Assembly: GCF_009914755.1 (NCBI RefSeq)
Contig: NC_060933.1
Length of the DNA: 64,000 bases
Reading direction: 5' to 3' (one strand)
DNA from: the human T2T-CHM13v2.0 reference genome, Homo sapiens
The position numbers and the translations under genes were made by a program. Positions 12,550 to 26,260 of this stretch are shown here, piece after piece. Below the pieces are notes generated by a model. The model saw only the letters and a program-made list of their open reading frames with translations, was not told where the DNA came from and did not search any database. The stretch's first letter is position 1. Every line of letters begins with the position of its first letter.

Positions 12550-12981
12550 CAGTTGACTTTTGAACAACACAGATTTGAACTGTGCGGGAAACTTAAACAG
12601 ATTTTCTTCCACCTCTGTTACCTCTGAGACAGCAAGATCAATCCTTTCTCTTCCTCCTCCTCCTCAGCCTATGCAATGTAAAGATGATGAGGACGAAGAC
12701 CTTCATAATGATCCACTTCCACTTACTGAATAGTAAATAGCTGTTCTCTTCCTTATGATTTCCTTAGTGAAGTCTTTTTACTCCATGTTACTTTATTGTA
12801 AGAATCAGCACATAATACATACAACACATAAAATATGTGTTAATTGAGCATTTATATTATGGGTAAGGCTTCCAGTCAACAGTGGGCTATTAGCAATTAA
12901 GTTTTGGGGTTCAAAAGTGGGGATTTTCGGCTGCGTGGGGTGTCAGCACCACCAAGCCCCACATTGTTCAAGGGTCAACTG
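12550..12981 (+). mobile_element. Tigger2a (MER28) MITE
   Basis: TIRs CAGTTGACttTTGAACAA ... TTGTTCAAGGGTCAACTG followed by TA; 432 bp; internal gatgatgaggacgaagacc. Confidence 0.88.
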
Positions 12982-13532
12982 TATCGCTACTTACCTCACA
13001 TAGTTTTTGTCAGGACCAAATGCATAGGGAGAAGACATCTTCTACCAGAAGGCACTGTAGAAGTGAGTGTAATGGTTATGTAACATACCAGCCTGGTGGA
13101 TCCCTTCTCAGCTCAAGAGTCACCCCCACCAGAAAGTCTTGCACCAAAGGCCAGGACCTAACTGTAAATACAAGCTATAACCAGATTCTGAGTTGCCTAG
13201 ATGGGGAGGAAGGAGAAGAAGGTCAAGAGGAAAACTTGTTTGCTGCATTCAACTTCTCAGATCATTTAGGAGCCTAGTTGCAAGGGCTCAATTCAATTTG
13301 TTGCTTGGCAACGTCAGGATTTGCATCCAGGATCTTTGATGCAAGAGTTAGCAGCCTTAATCCCTAGAATATATGACTATTAATTTAATCACATAATCAT
13401 TGAAATAAAAACACATCACTTAAAAATTCTTGGAGAGAACTCATGAACCCCTGAGAATACATGTATGCACTTCCCCCCATCAATCTACTTGGAGAAACAT
13501 CACTTTACTAGAGTCCCTCTAAAGATTGCTAA

Positions 13533-13916
<384 letters not shown>

Positions 13917-14299
13917 TGACACAAGATGGCAGCTGCATGGGATGAAGACTTCTTGTTGCAGGATGGTTTGAGTTGGGAATGAGCTGGCTCCAGGAGGATG
14001 AGGATGGAGACATGGACCAGGAGCCGGCCAAGCATCAACAGAGAACAGCAAAGAGGCTCCCGAGGTGGAGATGCTCCTTGCTGGCCTCACCCCAGCCCCA
14101 TTTCCCCTCCGCTGCCTGTGAGTTTATGAACAGATGGGTTCTCTGTGCAAAGGCAGTAGTTCTTACAATGAGTAACCTGAGGAATTCATTCATTCCACAA
14201 ACATTCAGCAAACATCCACTGTATTCCAGGATTTGTACAAATGCCTGGCCATACCAAAATTAGTATTAGAGGACAGTCACATCTTATTTACTTTAGAAG

Positions 14300-14545
14300 A
14301 GACAGTTGGACCCAGGGGTTGCAAATGCGTATTCTGGAGCCTGGCTGGCTGACCACCTGGATTAAAGTCCCTGTGTTATTTGGGCAAGTTGTTTAACCTT
14401 TTTGTGCCTCAGTTTTCTCATGGAGCAAATCCTAGTACTTACCCATGGAATTGATATGGCATTAAATGAAATGGGTTAATGCATGTAAAGGTTTCTACCA
14501 GTACCTGCCATGTAATAAGCACACATTAAATATTAGCTGTTATTA
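14300..14545 (+). mobile_element. MIR, near full length
   Basis: ttgggcaagttgtttaacctttttgtgcctcagttttctcat...gcacacattaaatattagctgttatt. Confidence 0.8.
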
Positions 14546-14744
14546 ACTTAAGTGGGCCAATCCTATTCATGTGACAGGGAGGAGAGACTGGGAAAGAGAG
14601 AGAGAGAAGAGAGGTATATCATTTTGAGAGCATGTAAGATGGGATTTTGAAGAATCATATTGATTATGTATGGTTTCTACCTTGTGAACTTACTTCCGAA
14701 ATTAACTCCTACATAGAGCAATCCCACGGTATTACTATTACTAG

Positions 14745-14990
14745 TAGTGGCAAATATTTATTGTGTCATGTATATACCAGGCCACAGTGCTAAGTGCTTT
14801 ACATATATTATTTGCTTTAATTCACACAATAATCAGTACCAATATTATTTACATTTTCAGATGAGGAAATTGAAGTATAGAGCAGTGAAACAACTTGTCC
14901 TAAGTTGCAACTGACACATGGCTGGGTGGAAAGCTGAGCTCAGGTTTTATTAGTATAAGTGCTGTGTCTCACCCAGTAAGCTATACTGTC
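14745..14990 (-). mobile_element. MIR, near full length
   Basis: gtgctaagtgctttacatatatta...cattttcagatgaggaaattgaag. Confidence 0.8.
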
Positions 14991-16318
14991 CTTGGGAATT
15001 CACAGCTTGGTGGGGCAGCTGGCCATTTTAAACAAATAATTGCAACAATTTAGAAAAGCGCTAGAAGAGGTGACATTGTAATTAAGCTTTTTACAACCTG
15101 TCCTCTCCCCTTCCCTCTCTTGTTGGTGCCTAGATGGCAGGAACCAGATCTTACCCATCTTGGTTGGCCTTGCACAGGCAAGGTGTTCGGTAAATATTTG
15201 CTGGTTTGGTTTGATTCAAGTGAGATAGAGCAGCTCTTTCAGATGGTGCTAGGTATCTGAGCTAATGATTTCTCTAGTGTGGATTACAAGCCCTAAGGGG
15301 ATGTTATTATTTCTGAAGTTGGCGCCAGAAATGACAGTCTCTGTTTCAGGAGGTAATCCTCAAAATAGGAATGATGTACAATGCAGGCAAGTTTCCTAAA
15401 TGTAGGCTCCTTTAGTTTCTGGGTCATTTACAACTGGCTACCTTGGACTCTTGTATATTCCAAAAAGTTCCTGGCTGTTCTGTCTCTCTTAGTAATAAAT
15501 TGAAAGTCCAAAATAAGAAGGCAGATTGTGTTTTTGCAATGAAAACCCCACGGGCTACATTTCATATGTAATAGCTTACTCTTTGCCAATCTGACCTTCT
15601 CCTCCAATCCCCAAGCTCATCCCACCTCTGCTTGGACACACCCAAGAGATCACCACCATTCATCCATCTTTGGGAAGTTCTATGCCTCAGGAAGGGTCCT
15701 CTGACTAAGTGAAAGCTGCTTTGCTAGAGCTTCTTCCACCCATCCTGCCTCCCCAACCCAGGCCCATGCAAGCATCCTTCATCTTCCTTTGCCTCAAAAC
15801 AGCTCTTTAGAGAAGAAATATTCACCTCTACCCCATATCCATAGTTCCTTTAACCATTAACTAGAGAGTGTTATTTCCACCCCTTTGGCAACCTGGATAT
15901 AAGTGACGCTCAGAACACAGTACTCTAGACATGGTTTAAATAGCTCAGTAAACTTGGACATCTGAACATTGCACTTTAAAACGGCATTCTTATTTCTATA
16001 GCCACAGCCCACCTTTGATGGATCTTGAATGTACAGTGAACTGGATCCCATAGTTCTTTCTCTTTCTATTGCTATCAAAAAAGATCACCAGTGCCCCACA
16101 ACAAATAAGCATCAGTCTCAGGACTCTGAGAACCAGTGGGAAACTGCCACGAACAGGGAGAGGAGAGTTCAAAAGCACAGAGGTGATTCTCTCCTCCTTG
16201 CACAAGACCTGGGATAGACAAGCTGGATTCACATCATGAGGCCAGGCCACAGGAGAACACGCAGATGTAAGCAGCCCCTGAGAAAGGACACTGGCTCAGG
16301 ATTAGGAGATCTGAGTTT

Positions 16319-16708
16319 TGCTATGGATTGAATTGTGTCTCCTTCCACCCACTGCCCTGCCCAAATCCATAAGTTGATGCCCTAACCCCCAGTGTGACTA
16401 TATTTGGAAATAGGGCCCTAAGGAGGTAATTAAAGTTAAATGAGCTCATAAGTTGGGCCTCTAACACCATATGATTAGTGTCCTTTTAACAAGAGGCATC
16501 AGAGAGCTCACAAGATCTTTCACTCCCCATCATGCGAGGTCACAGTGAGAAGGTGGCTGTCCACAAGCCAGGAAGAGAGTCCTCATCAAAAACCAACTCT
16601 GCTAGACCCTGATCTGGGACTTCTGGTCTCCGGAACTGTGAAAAAATAGATTTCGGCGTTTAAACCAGTTTTTGGTATTGTGTTACAGCAGCCCGAGTAG
16701 AAAAATTC
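16319..16708 (+). mobile_element. MaLR solo LTR, MLT1A/B-type
   Basis: TGCTATGGATTGAATTGTGTC...cacagtgagaaggtggctgtccacaagccagg...tgttacagcagcccgag. Confidence 0.85.
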
Positions 16709-17269
16709 TGGTTTGAAGCACATAAATCCACTTCTTGTGAAATAGAGATACCAACACCTGCTCTGCTCACAGGAAGAGACGTGCGGGGACATATACTGGG
16801 TGACCTCCAGTCCCACCTCATTAGGTCATATGGACAAGAAACAGCAGTCTGACGTCAGAAAGCAATGACAAACTACATACATTTTTACAGAGGTCTCTTT
16901 TATATGGACACAACCTATGTATCTTCCCACAGTTGCCCACACTTTCATATCTACACCATTTCTCTCATCTGGAAATTCTCTTTTTTCCCCTTCTCTCTTC
17001 CACAACTTGTAAACCAAATTCCTTGAAGGGGAGGAGGGCCAGCAGAAGAAAACCAAACTCTTGGTTTCTGATCTGCTTTCTGGTGCTCCCCTTTAGTGGC
17101 CACATTGACTCCATTCTTCCAAGAGCTCCTTCAAAAGTTCTCAAAGGCATCTCAAATATATGTTCTGGTGGGGAAAGACTGTGTCTATAAAGCAGTGTTT
17201 ACACAACTGAGCAAGTTAGCTCTTCTACCCCTCCTACCCCTCCATTCACACTGCAGGAGCCTGCAAACA

Positions 17270-17445
17270 AAAGTCTGGTTCAAATCCCATCTCAGTCACT
17301 TGCTACCCAAGTGACCCTGGGCAAGTCATGTTACCTCTCAGAACCTCAGTTTTACCATCTGCAAAATGGGATGATATCCCTGTCAAGGCTTTGAAAAGAT
17401 TAACTTTGGAAAGATAATGAATATAAGGTATCTAGTAAGTGCCAG
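17270..17445 (+). mobile_element. MIR SINE
   Basis: ggttcaaatccc...gtgaccctgggcaagtca...cctcagttttaccatctgcaaaatggg. Confidence 0.8.
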
Positions 17446-20400
17446 GAAACAATATACTCCTTCCATAGCAAGTTACATGCAGTCAACATCATGCTGGGGC
17501 CCAGAGGATGTGCTCCACGACTTAGACTGATTTGTTTCTTGGAAAAATTCCTGAGTAGACGGAGAGACAAGACAAGCACAACAATATCTCTAATAGAAAG
17601 TAGAGCGTGCTGACTGGATAGCACGGGACTGTGAGAGATACTATGCTAGGCAAAGCCCAGAAAGCTGCCTGGAAAGGTGAAGTTTGAAAGGGTCCTTACT
17701 GGATGGTCAGAGTTGGCCATAAAGGGAAACAGAAGAAAGAAGCATGGTGCATGTCTAGGGAAAGAGAGTCGCCATACAGAACGAGCAGGAGACAATGCTG
17801 GAAAGGGGATGGACAGTCGGCATTCATCTGTTAAAGACTGACCTTCTGGTTCCAGAGTTGGAGCTACAAATACAAACAGGTCCTCTAAATGGACTTTTAC
17901 ACAGATTCACAAGGCCTGAACAAAACACTGTCCAGAAAGTTTTAACACTGCCTCTCATTTCCCTAAGACCAAATAGGAAGAAAGTGGATTCCTAGGCAAG
18001 GGGTGTCAGTGTTTCCCAGCCTTTAAGCAGGTTTGGGGCCAATGACTCCAGTGGAAAGTGGAGACAGTCTGACTATATCTAATCCCTGAGGAAAGGGGGC
18101 CCTCTGCATTGTCTCCCAGCCCAGGTGGCCTTCCGGTCAGCAGGAGCAATAGTAGCAGGACCAGGTGTCATTGCCGCAGGCTGTTCAGGAGCAGCGGTCA
18201 CTGGCTGTTTTATGTGACCAGCTGAGCATAGACCTACCTTTTATTGACAGTCATCTCCCATTGAGGCCTGGACTCTCTGGGCTATAGTGACCACCAATTC
18301 TTTAGGAATGTATAGCTAGAAGCCTGCCATATCTTTAATGTCTCACACATAGCACTGGCTTCTAAACATAAACAACTAAGGACTTCTGCGTTTATATTTA
18401 AAGCCTATCTGCTTCAAGTACTTTGGGATAGTGTTATCTGCTTATGGACTTTGGGTACCAAAAAAGGATTTTCCCTGGGACTCATACCAAGATCTATGAG
18501 TGCCAGCTTCAAGCAGCTGAAAGGTCTTTCTGTAGGTTCAGGAGGTGTGTGAGATGTGGGTGGGAAATCTAAGGCCCAGAATGAGGAAGAGAGTAGTGGC
18601 AGAAAGACCACTGGGGAGATGGTGGGGTATATCATAATTGCCCAGAGGAAAGTCTAGAGGGGCTAGGTTAGGCTGGGGGCAGAGGAAAGGAGAGATTCAA
18701 GAAATGCAATCAAGGATAGACCACGACTCTCCGAGTGTGAGGTGGGTTTCAGCCACCAGGGAAGTTCTTAGGGAGGAGGTGGGGCACCTCTTCCATGGCA
18801 GTAAGATGAGGGAGTTCCCTTCCTGTTGATTCTATTTGCTCTGTAAGATAGGAGAGGTCATTCACTGGGTGTTAGATGCTGGGGTGAAGATGGGGAGAAA
18901 GGAATGGATGATGTCTGGGAACCCCAGATGAAATGCCTGGGGTGCAGGAATGGAGAATGAAGGCATGGGAGGAGCACGCATTAGGAACTCTTGCAGGAGC
19001 AGCTCTCCCTGTTCACACCCTCCACTTCCCTAAGTCTCCTGTAGGAGAAAAGTGCTAAGTACACATTGCTAACCAGACCATAGGGAAAGAGCCTGGGTTG
19101 CTCTGGGATCTCAGAAGGCATAAGTGGTTTAAGTCATCACTGCCCCCTGAAAACTGCAAGGTCCACAGCAGGAGGTTGTTGGAAATGATAGATGCGAAAT
19201 GCTCAGCCAAGGAGCGGCCATGTGTTCGATGTCAATTCAGTTTCTTTTCTTTTCTTTTTTTTAGGCATATCCATCTTTAGAATGTTCGAACTGGAAAAGA
19301 TCATGTAGTCCATGGCACACATTTTGCCACAGGGAAAAGAGGCACATCCATGATAGAACAATGGGTGCTCCAACAGAATGAGCAGGGTCATATGGGAACA
19401 CTTGCGAAAGACACTTAATCCCAGCCTGGGGACCCTGGGGACCTCCCCAGGGAGGCTTCAAACTCAGATGGCAGGAGCCTGTTCCTGCTGTTAGTCAGTT
19501 CCAAGGGCTGTCACCACAGGCAGGGGCAGCCCTCGTGGATGGGGTATGCTGCATCAGCTTCAGCCATGGCCCATGCAGCCTGCCTCACTCACAGCATGCC
19601 TGTGTCCCCTGCCCTCCTCCAACCCCCAGGCTCTGGCTCCCTGCTGGGCTTCTCCCGAACATAGGCACACACCCACACTGGCTTCCAGCCGTGGCCGCCC
19701 CTGGGAATGATCTTACAGGGTGGAAAGCTCTTAGGATACTTTCCTGGGACTAGAATTTCATTGTGGAAAATCTCCCCAGGCTCCAACCGCTGACTCATCC
19801 CTTGAGCCTTGTCCAGGAAATCAGTTTCCCAGATTGCACAAACTCACATGCAGAAAAGCTATCAATATGTTTGCATTTGTATCCATGTTGATCTCCCTTC
19901 CTTATTCCTTGATATAATGAGTTATCTAATTATGGTGACATCTGTTGAGGAGGAATCTAGCTTCCCTCTCCCTGCCCAGAACCCAGCAACCCAGCACAGG
20001 GCTCTTTTGGGGGAGATCACATGCTGCAGGGTTTGTGTAGGAGAGGCAGAACCCCAACAGAAATCAGCCGTGTCTGCCTCATGGCTTTTGTTATCCCGAG
20101 CTACCAGCCACCCGATATCCCAGGCACTTCCTTCAGCGATGGGCAAACCCACAGACTGTGCCAGTGTTACAGCTTTAGGCTCCTTGCCCTCAGGACTCTA
20201 CTCTCAGCCCAAGGTGACTGAGAAGGAGTCAAGAGAGAAGAAGGAAGAACATGTGCTGGTTGCTTTGCCTTTATCTGGTAACTACACATATAATTTCTTT
20301 TAACCCGGAAATAACTGTTCATCGGGTTACCACCACACAACCTGGAAATTAAAGGACCCACGACACCTCCTCTCTCACCTCACCATTCCCCAAAGCCAGA

Positions 20401-20637
20401 CTTTAAGGCTTAACCAACATTTATTCATTCATTCAACAAATATTTGTTTTGCACTTACTAGACGCTAGTGAGTCTTCAGACAAATAAGCCCAATCTTTGG
20501 AGAATTTAACATCCAATAACACAAATGATAGCCACACAGGCAGTTGGAGAAGATGCTGAGTGAGACCTAGAAGACAGGGCCATCTGGTCTAGATCTCCCT
20601 CTGCCATTGTCTCAAGGCATCTTTAGAAGCCAAAGTT

Positions 20638-20992
<355 letters not shown>

Positions 20993-21496
20993 TCACTCTG
21001 CCAAACCACTTATTCAGCAGGGTCAGTGACTCCCAAGTGAATTTGTATTCATTTTGCTGGTGCTTCTCATTGTCCTTTTTCCCAGGGACTTCTGAACAGG
21101 CCTGGTCCCTGTTTGCAAGCTTCCTGTGTCTTTGGGGCACATGTGGCTCATGTAGATAGAATAATTTTTCTTCTTGATATGTTAGTACTAATTAAAATGA
21201 GGAAACAAAGAATCCACCTCTAACTCAAGCTCTCACTATATTTGATAAGATCTTTCTCTACATCCTAGTACTAGGAGTCCTTTGGAAGCATTTTTCAATT
21301 AAAGAAATTCTTCCGCTCATTTTTCTAGGAAATTCCAAATGATGTAGTCACCAAAAAACAAGACTCTTGAGAATCTAGTGATTCCCAATAATAGAACTTT
21401 AGGACCATATAGGACGTTTAAGATAATTTAATCAAACTTTCTTATTTTGCCAATGGAAAAATGAAGGCACAGAGTTGGGTTTTGAAAATACATGCT

Positions 21497-21801
21497 GGCC
21501 GAGTGTGGTGGCTCACAACTGTAATCCCAACACTTTGGGAGGCCAAGGCGGGTGGATCATGAGGTCAGGAGTTCAAGACCAGCCTGACCAAGATGGTGAA
21601 ACCCCATCTCTACTAAAAATACAAAAAAATTAGCCAGACATGGTGGCGGGCACCTGTAATCCCAGCTACTCAGAAGGCTGATGCAGAGAATTGCTTGAAC
21701 CTGAGAGGCAGAGGTTGCAGTGAGCCGTGATTGTGCCTCTGCACTCCAGCCTGGGCAACAAAATGAGAATCCGTCTTAAAAAAAAAAAAAAGAAAGAAAA
21801 A
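21497..21801 (+). mobile_element. AluSg-group (Sg7-like), full length
   Basis: ggatcatgaggtcaggagttc, ccaagatgg, gcagagaattg; 13-bp TSD gaaaatacat(g/t)ct at 21484-21496 and 21802-21814. Confidence 0.95.
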
Positions 21802-21829
21802 GAAAATACATTCTGTAGGATTTGCCCTG

Positions 21830-22167
<338 letters not shown>

Positions 22168-22519
22168 TTGTCCCATGTTTCTGACTCAAGTTCTTAGGGT
22201 CCTGTCATTATCCACATCATTTGTTTTTCTTTCTAAAAATCAGAGTATCCTTGAATACAAATAATACTTTATTTGCAGCACCATAGTTAAATCCCATTCC
22301 AAAGATTACATTCATTCATTAATTTGATCATTTATTTATTAACTTCACAAATACTTATTGAGCACATACTATGTGAATGCATTTTACTACTCACTGGGGA
22401 AAATGAAAAATGAATCAGGTACAGTTCTTGCCTTCAAAGGCTCAAATCTATTATAGCAGATAAGATATGGGCACACATAGCATAAACATAGTAGTAACAG
22501 TAAAATTGATAATGATGAT

Positions 22520-22745
22520 AATAGCCATTGCTTATATAGAGCTCACTATATTCCAGGAAGTGTTTTAAATATATCACATATTTTAATATATTAAATCCTT
22601 ACAGTGACCTTACGAGAAAAGTATTATTGTTATCCTCCATTTTGCTAATGAGGAACAGAGGCCCAAGAAGGCTAAGGGACTTGTCAAAGGCCACAGAGCT
22701 AGCGAGTGGCAGAGCTGTGATTCAGTTCTAGGCAGCCCAGTGCTA
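22520..22745 (-). mobile_element. MIR SINE
   Basis: ccattttgctaatgaggaacagaggcccaagaaggctaagggacttgtcaaaggccacagagctag. Confidence 0.8.
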
Positions 22746-22780
22746 AGATAAAAAGTAATCATTGTAATTAGAGGGGAACA

Positions 22781-22881
22781 TTGCCTAGGCTACTCTCGAA
22801 CTCCTGGGCTCAAGTGATCCTCCTGGCTTACCTTCCCAAAGAGCTGAGATTACAGGCGTAAGCCACCACCCACGCCTGGCC
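22781..22881 (-). mobile_element. FLAM/AluJ left-monomer fragment
   Basis: tcgaactcctgggctcaagtgatcctcc...gagattacaggcgtaagccacc...gcctggcc. Confidence 0.85.
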
Positions 22882-23721
22882 CCAAACTGGCTTTCGAGGC
22901 TGTCCACAGTCCAGACTTGCATATCCAACCTACCTCTCCTCAAGGAAAATACTTTCTCTAACTGGGTTCTTCAGAATTCAGGAGCACATCCCACTCTTGG
23001 CCAATCCCACACCTTGGCTCACCAAGTCCCAGAAAATGACTCATGCTTTTATCTGTCTCCACCTACTCCCTCCAGCCAGCCCAAGCTAACCTGTCTCCTT
23101 ACAACTCTTTCAGTCTTGCCACTCATTTAATCCTGCCCTGACCTGTGTGCTTCCCCACACCCAGCATTATGATGGGTCCTCGATCCTGTCTCCTGCAGAA
23201 CTGCAGCAGCCTCCTTGATTTCCATGGAATGTCTGGAGTGTCATTCCCGGGCCTCTGCAGAGATGATTATTTTATTTCGATGTGTTTTTGTTGGCAGCAG
23301 TCTGATGCATCATCACACATCCAACTCAATGTGTGATGTGCATCATACAGTGCTCTTACAAGAGGAGTAAACAGTGAGACGAGCAAGCGGCTGTTATTTG
23401 TCTCAAAATGTCTTCATTCTGAGAATTGCAGACTGCAGATAAGAGCTGTCAATCAGCAGTCATGAACATTGTTAAAACTAGCGAAGACTCTTTTCAAACT
23501 TCTATAAAGAAGAAAATCCAAACTCCTTAGCCAAGCCCTTATAATCAAGGTCTCCCAAGAGCTTATTCTTTAATCAATTAATTAATTCAATAAATATTTA
23601 TGGATTGCCTACCACGTGCCAGGCACATTAGTAGTTGCTCCAGAGAGTATTGAACAAAAAAGACAAAATCCTTACTCTCCTGGAGCTGGCATTTTAGGAA
23701 GTGGACAGCAAATGCTTAAAC

Positions 23722-23945
23722 TAGGGGTTGGCAGATTATGGCCTATAGGTCAAATCCATCTTGCCACCTACTTTTGTAAATAAAGTTTTATTGGAACACA
23801 GCCATGCTCATTTATTTTACTTACTGTCTATGGCTGTTTTTACACCACAATGGTAGAGTTAGTAGTTGTGACGGCAACCGTATGGCCTGCAAAGCCTAAA
23901 ATATTTACCATCTGGCCCTTTATAAGACAAGTTTGCCAACCTATG
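23722..23945 (+). mobile_element. MER58A hAT-Charlie MITE
   Basis: TIR-like ends taggggttggcag / gtttgccaacc; core gtaaataaagttttattggaacacagccatgctcattt. Confidence 0.9.
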
Positions 23946-24209
23946 GCCCAGAAAAAATAAGCATAAAATATGTCAGGTGACGATTCGTGTCATGAAGAAA
24001 AATAAACAGGTGTGGAGATTAAAATGATGAAAGGTGTTTCTAGAGATTTGCACGCCAATAACATGACCATGAATAAAAGAGCCAAATGAAAGAGAGCAAA
24101 CCACAAGAAACAGTTAACTGAGGAAAATGGGTTCAGGGAGAGAAAACAGCAAATGCAAAGACCACGCCACAAAACCATGCCACTTGGCATGTTTAAAAAC
24201 ATCAAGAAG

Positions 24210-24521
24210 GGCTGGGCACAGTGGCTCACACCTGTAATCTCAGCACTTTGGGAGGCCAAGGTGGATGGATTGCTTGAGCCTAGGAGTTCAAGACAAGCCT
24301 GAGCAATGTGGCAAAACCCTGTCTCTACAAAAATACAAAAAATTAGCCGGGTATGGTGGCACTCACCTGTAGTCCAGCTACTCAGGAGGCTGAGATTGGA
24401 GGATTGTTTGAGTCCAGGAGGTTAAGACTGCAATGAGCCATGAATGTGCCACTGCATTCCAGCCTGGGTGACAGAGTGAGACCCTGTTTCGAAAAACAAA
24501 ACAAAACAAAAATAAACAAAC
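24210..24521 (+). mobile_element. AluJ, full length
   Basis: attgcttgagcctaggagttc and ggaggattg are J diagnostics; perfect 15-bp TSD AAAAACATCAAGAAG (24195-24209, 24522-24536) at a TTT/AAAA L1-endonuclease site. Confidence 0.95.
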
Positions 24522-25889
24522 AAAAACATCAAGAAGGTACACAGGGTTGCAGCTGAGTGAGCAAGGGGAGGAGAAACAAAGATGAGATAAGAAAGCTGCC
24601 CAAGGGCCAGACCATGGAGGACTTGAAGGCCCAGGTACCGACCTTGGTTTTATGGTGAGTGGGGTGTAAAGCCGTCATAGGTTTGGAGTAGACAATGGTC
24701 TGACTATGTGTTTTGAGAGATCTCTTTGACTGTTGTGTAGAGCAAAGGATTCAGGATAAAGAGTGGAAGCAGCATGGCCAGTGAAGAGGCTACTCCAAAA
24801 GTCCAGATAAGAGATGCTAGCATCTTGGACAAGGATAATAGCCCTGAGGTGGTGAAAGGTGGTCCAATTCAGGGTACATTTGGGAGGCAGAGCCAGTAGG
24901 ATTCCCTGATGGATTAGGCATGGAGGCAAAAGGGATCTCAAGGTTTGGGGCCTGAGTCACTTGAAAAATGAAACTGCCATTTATGAGATGGGAAAGGTAG
25001 GAGGAGAGGCAGACGGGGAGAGCAAGCGAGTGGACATCAGGATTTCTGCTTTGAAGGCATCAAGTCTGAGTGTTTATTAAGTAGACATGGGCAAGGCAGC
25101 GTCATCCACTGCTGCTCTCTTTCGCTTACCTCCTTGTGGCTTGTGAGGGCCTGCTTATTAGGTTCCTGTGGACCCTCCAACTTATTTCCTGCTTCTCTCC
25201 TTCTCAGCCCTGCCTCCTGCTACGCAAGCCTTCAGCCTCTTGAACAGGTTACACACCTTTTTGCCTGGTAGCCCTTCCATCCTCCAGGTTGCAACTAAAA
25301 TACTACCTTCTGACAAGAGATCTTACCAGCCTGCCACCTCCTGTTAATCTCTACTTCAGTCCCCATATCTTACCTACATAGAGTGTTTCTACTTTCAGTT
25401 ATTTAATTAATTAGTTGACTTGTCTTTTGTCTGCCCTTCCGGCCTCTCCATGCCCCGCAAAGCTGAAAGTCATAGCCAATATGCAGCCTGTGTCTGTCTC
25501 ATTCTTTACCACATTCCCAGGGCTTAGCATAGTCTTTGCTGCACAACTTTTAACTTTTTCTTTTTCAGCTATAAAACCCTTTCCTGATGTGAAATCTTGT
25601 GCAGACCCCAGTATGCTTGTTCATTTATTCATTATGCAGATAAAACAGGTGTGACTCTGGTTGAATTGGGGCTGAGGGGTCCCATATTGTGGCCCCTGTC
25701 CTGAGAACTATTACCCGTGTTAAACCGGACACCTCCCCACACTCCAGTTATCAGTGTCAGAATGTCCAAGGCATCGTACTTCCCGGGGCAATTAAATATC
25801 AAAAGAAAAAAAAATCATATCAACGTAAGATTGGCACCATTTCATTTTGCTAAATAAAGATATTTAAAAACCTCCTAGCTGCTAGCTAC

Positions 25890-26260
25890 TCTATTAGTCA
25901 GAGTGTGCTACAGGAAGAAATAACCCTCCGGATCTCTTAGCTTCATACAATGGAAGCTTATTTTTCTCTCCCCCTACATGCCCAGGGAGGTTGGCAGTGT
26001 TGTAGTCACTGGGGAATCCAGGCTGACAGCGACTGAGTCTTGACATATATTTCCATGACCTCTGAGGCAGGACAATGGATCAAGGCAGACTGTCCACTGG
26101 CTTTCAGACATTCTGCCTGGAAGTGACATGTTCTTTTTACTTTTCTTTCATTTGTGAAGACAAATCACTTGGCCAGACCTCACTTAAACAGGGCCAGGAA
26201 GAGTAATCCTCCCACACGCCTGGAAGGTGAGAGAAGAGGAACAGTTAGGAAAATACCCAT
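25890..26260 (-). mobile_element. Old MaLR LTR (MLT1I/J-like)
   Basis: attagtcag...ttctgcctggaagtgacatg...aaatcacttggccagacc...gggccaggaagagtaatcctcc. Confidence 0.55.

Larger units (their letters stand above)
23575..25090 (-). mobile_element. L2 LINE 3' portion, interrupted by MER58A and AluJ
   Basis: Antisense L2 tail attcaataaatatttatggattgcctaccacgtgccaggcac; continues gagatctctttgactgttgtgtagag and tgccatttatgagatggg. Confidence 0.8.

Noticed and set aside
23295-23420. Hairpin cluster as an H/ACA or C/D snoRNA
   Set aside because: An ANANNA is present, but the hairpins are too short, there is no terminal ACA, and no properly placed C/D boxes. Kept only as an unclassified structure.
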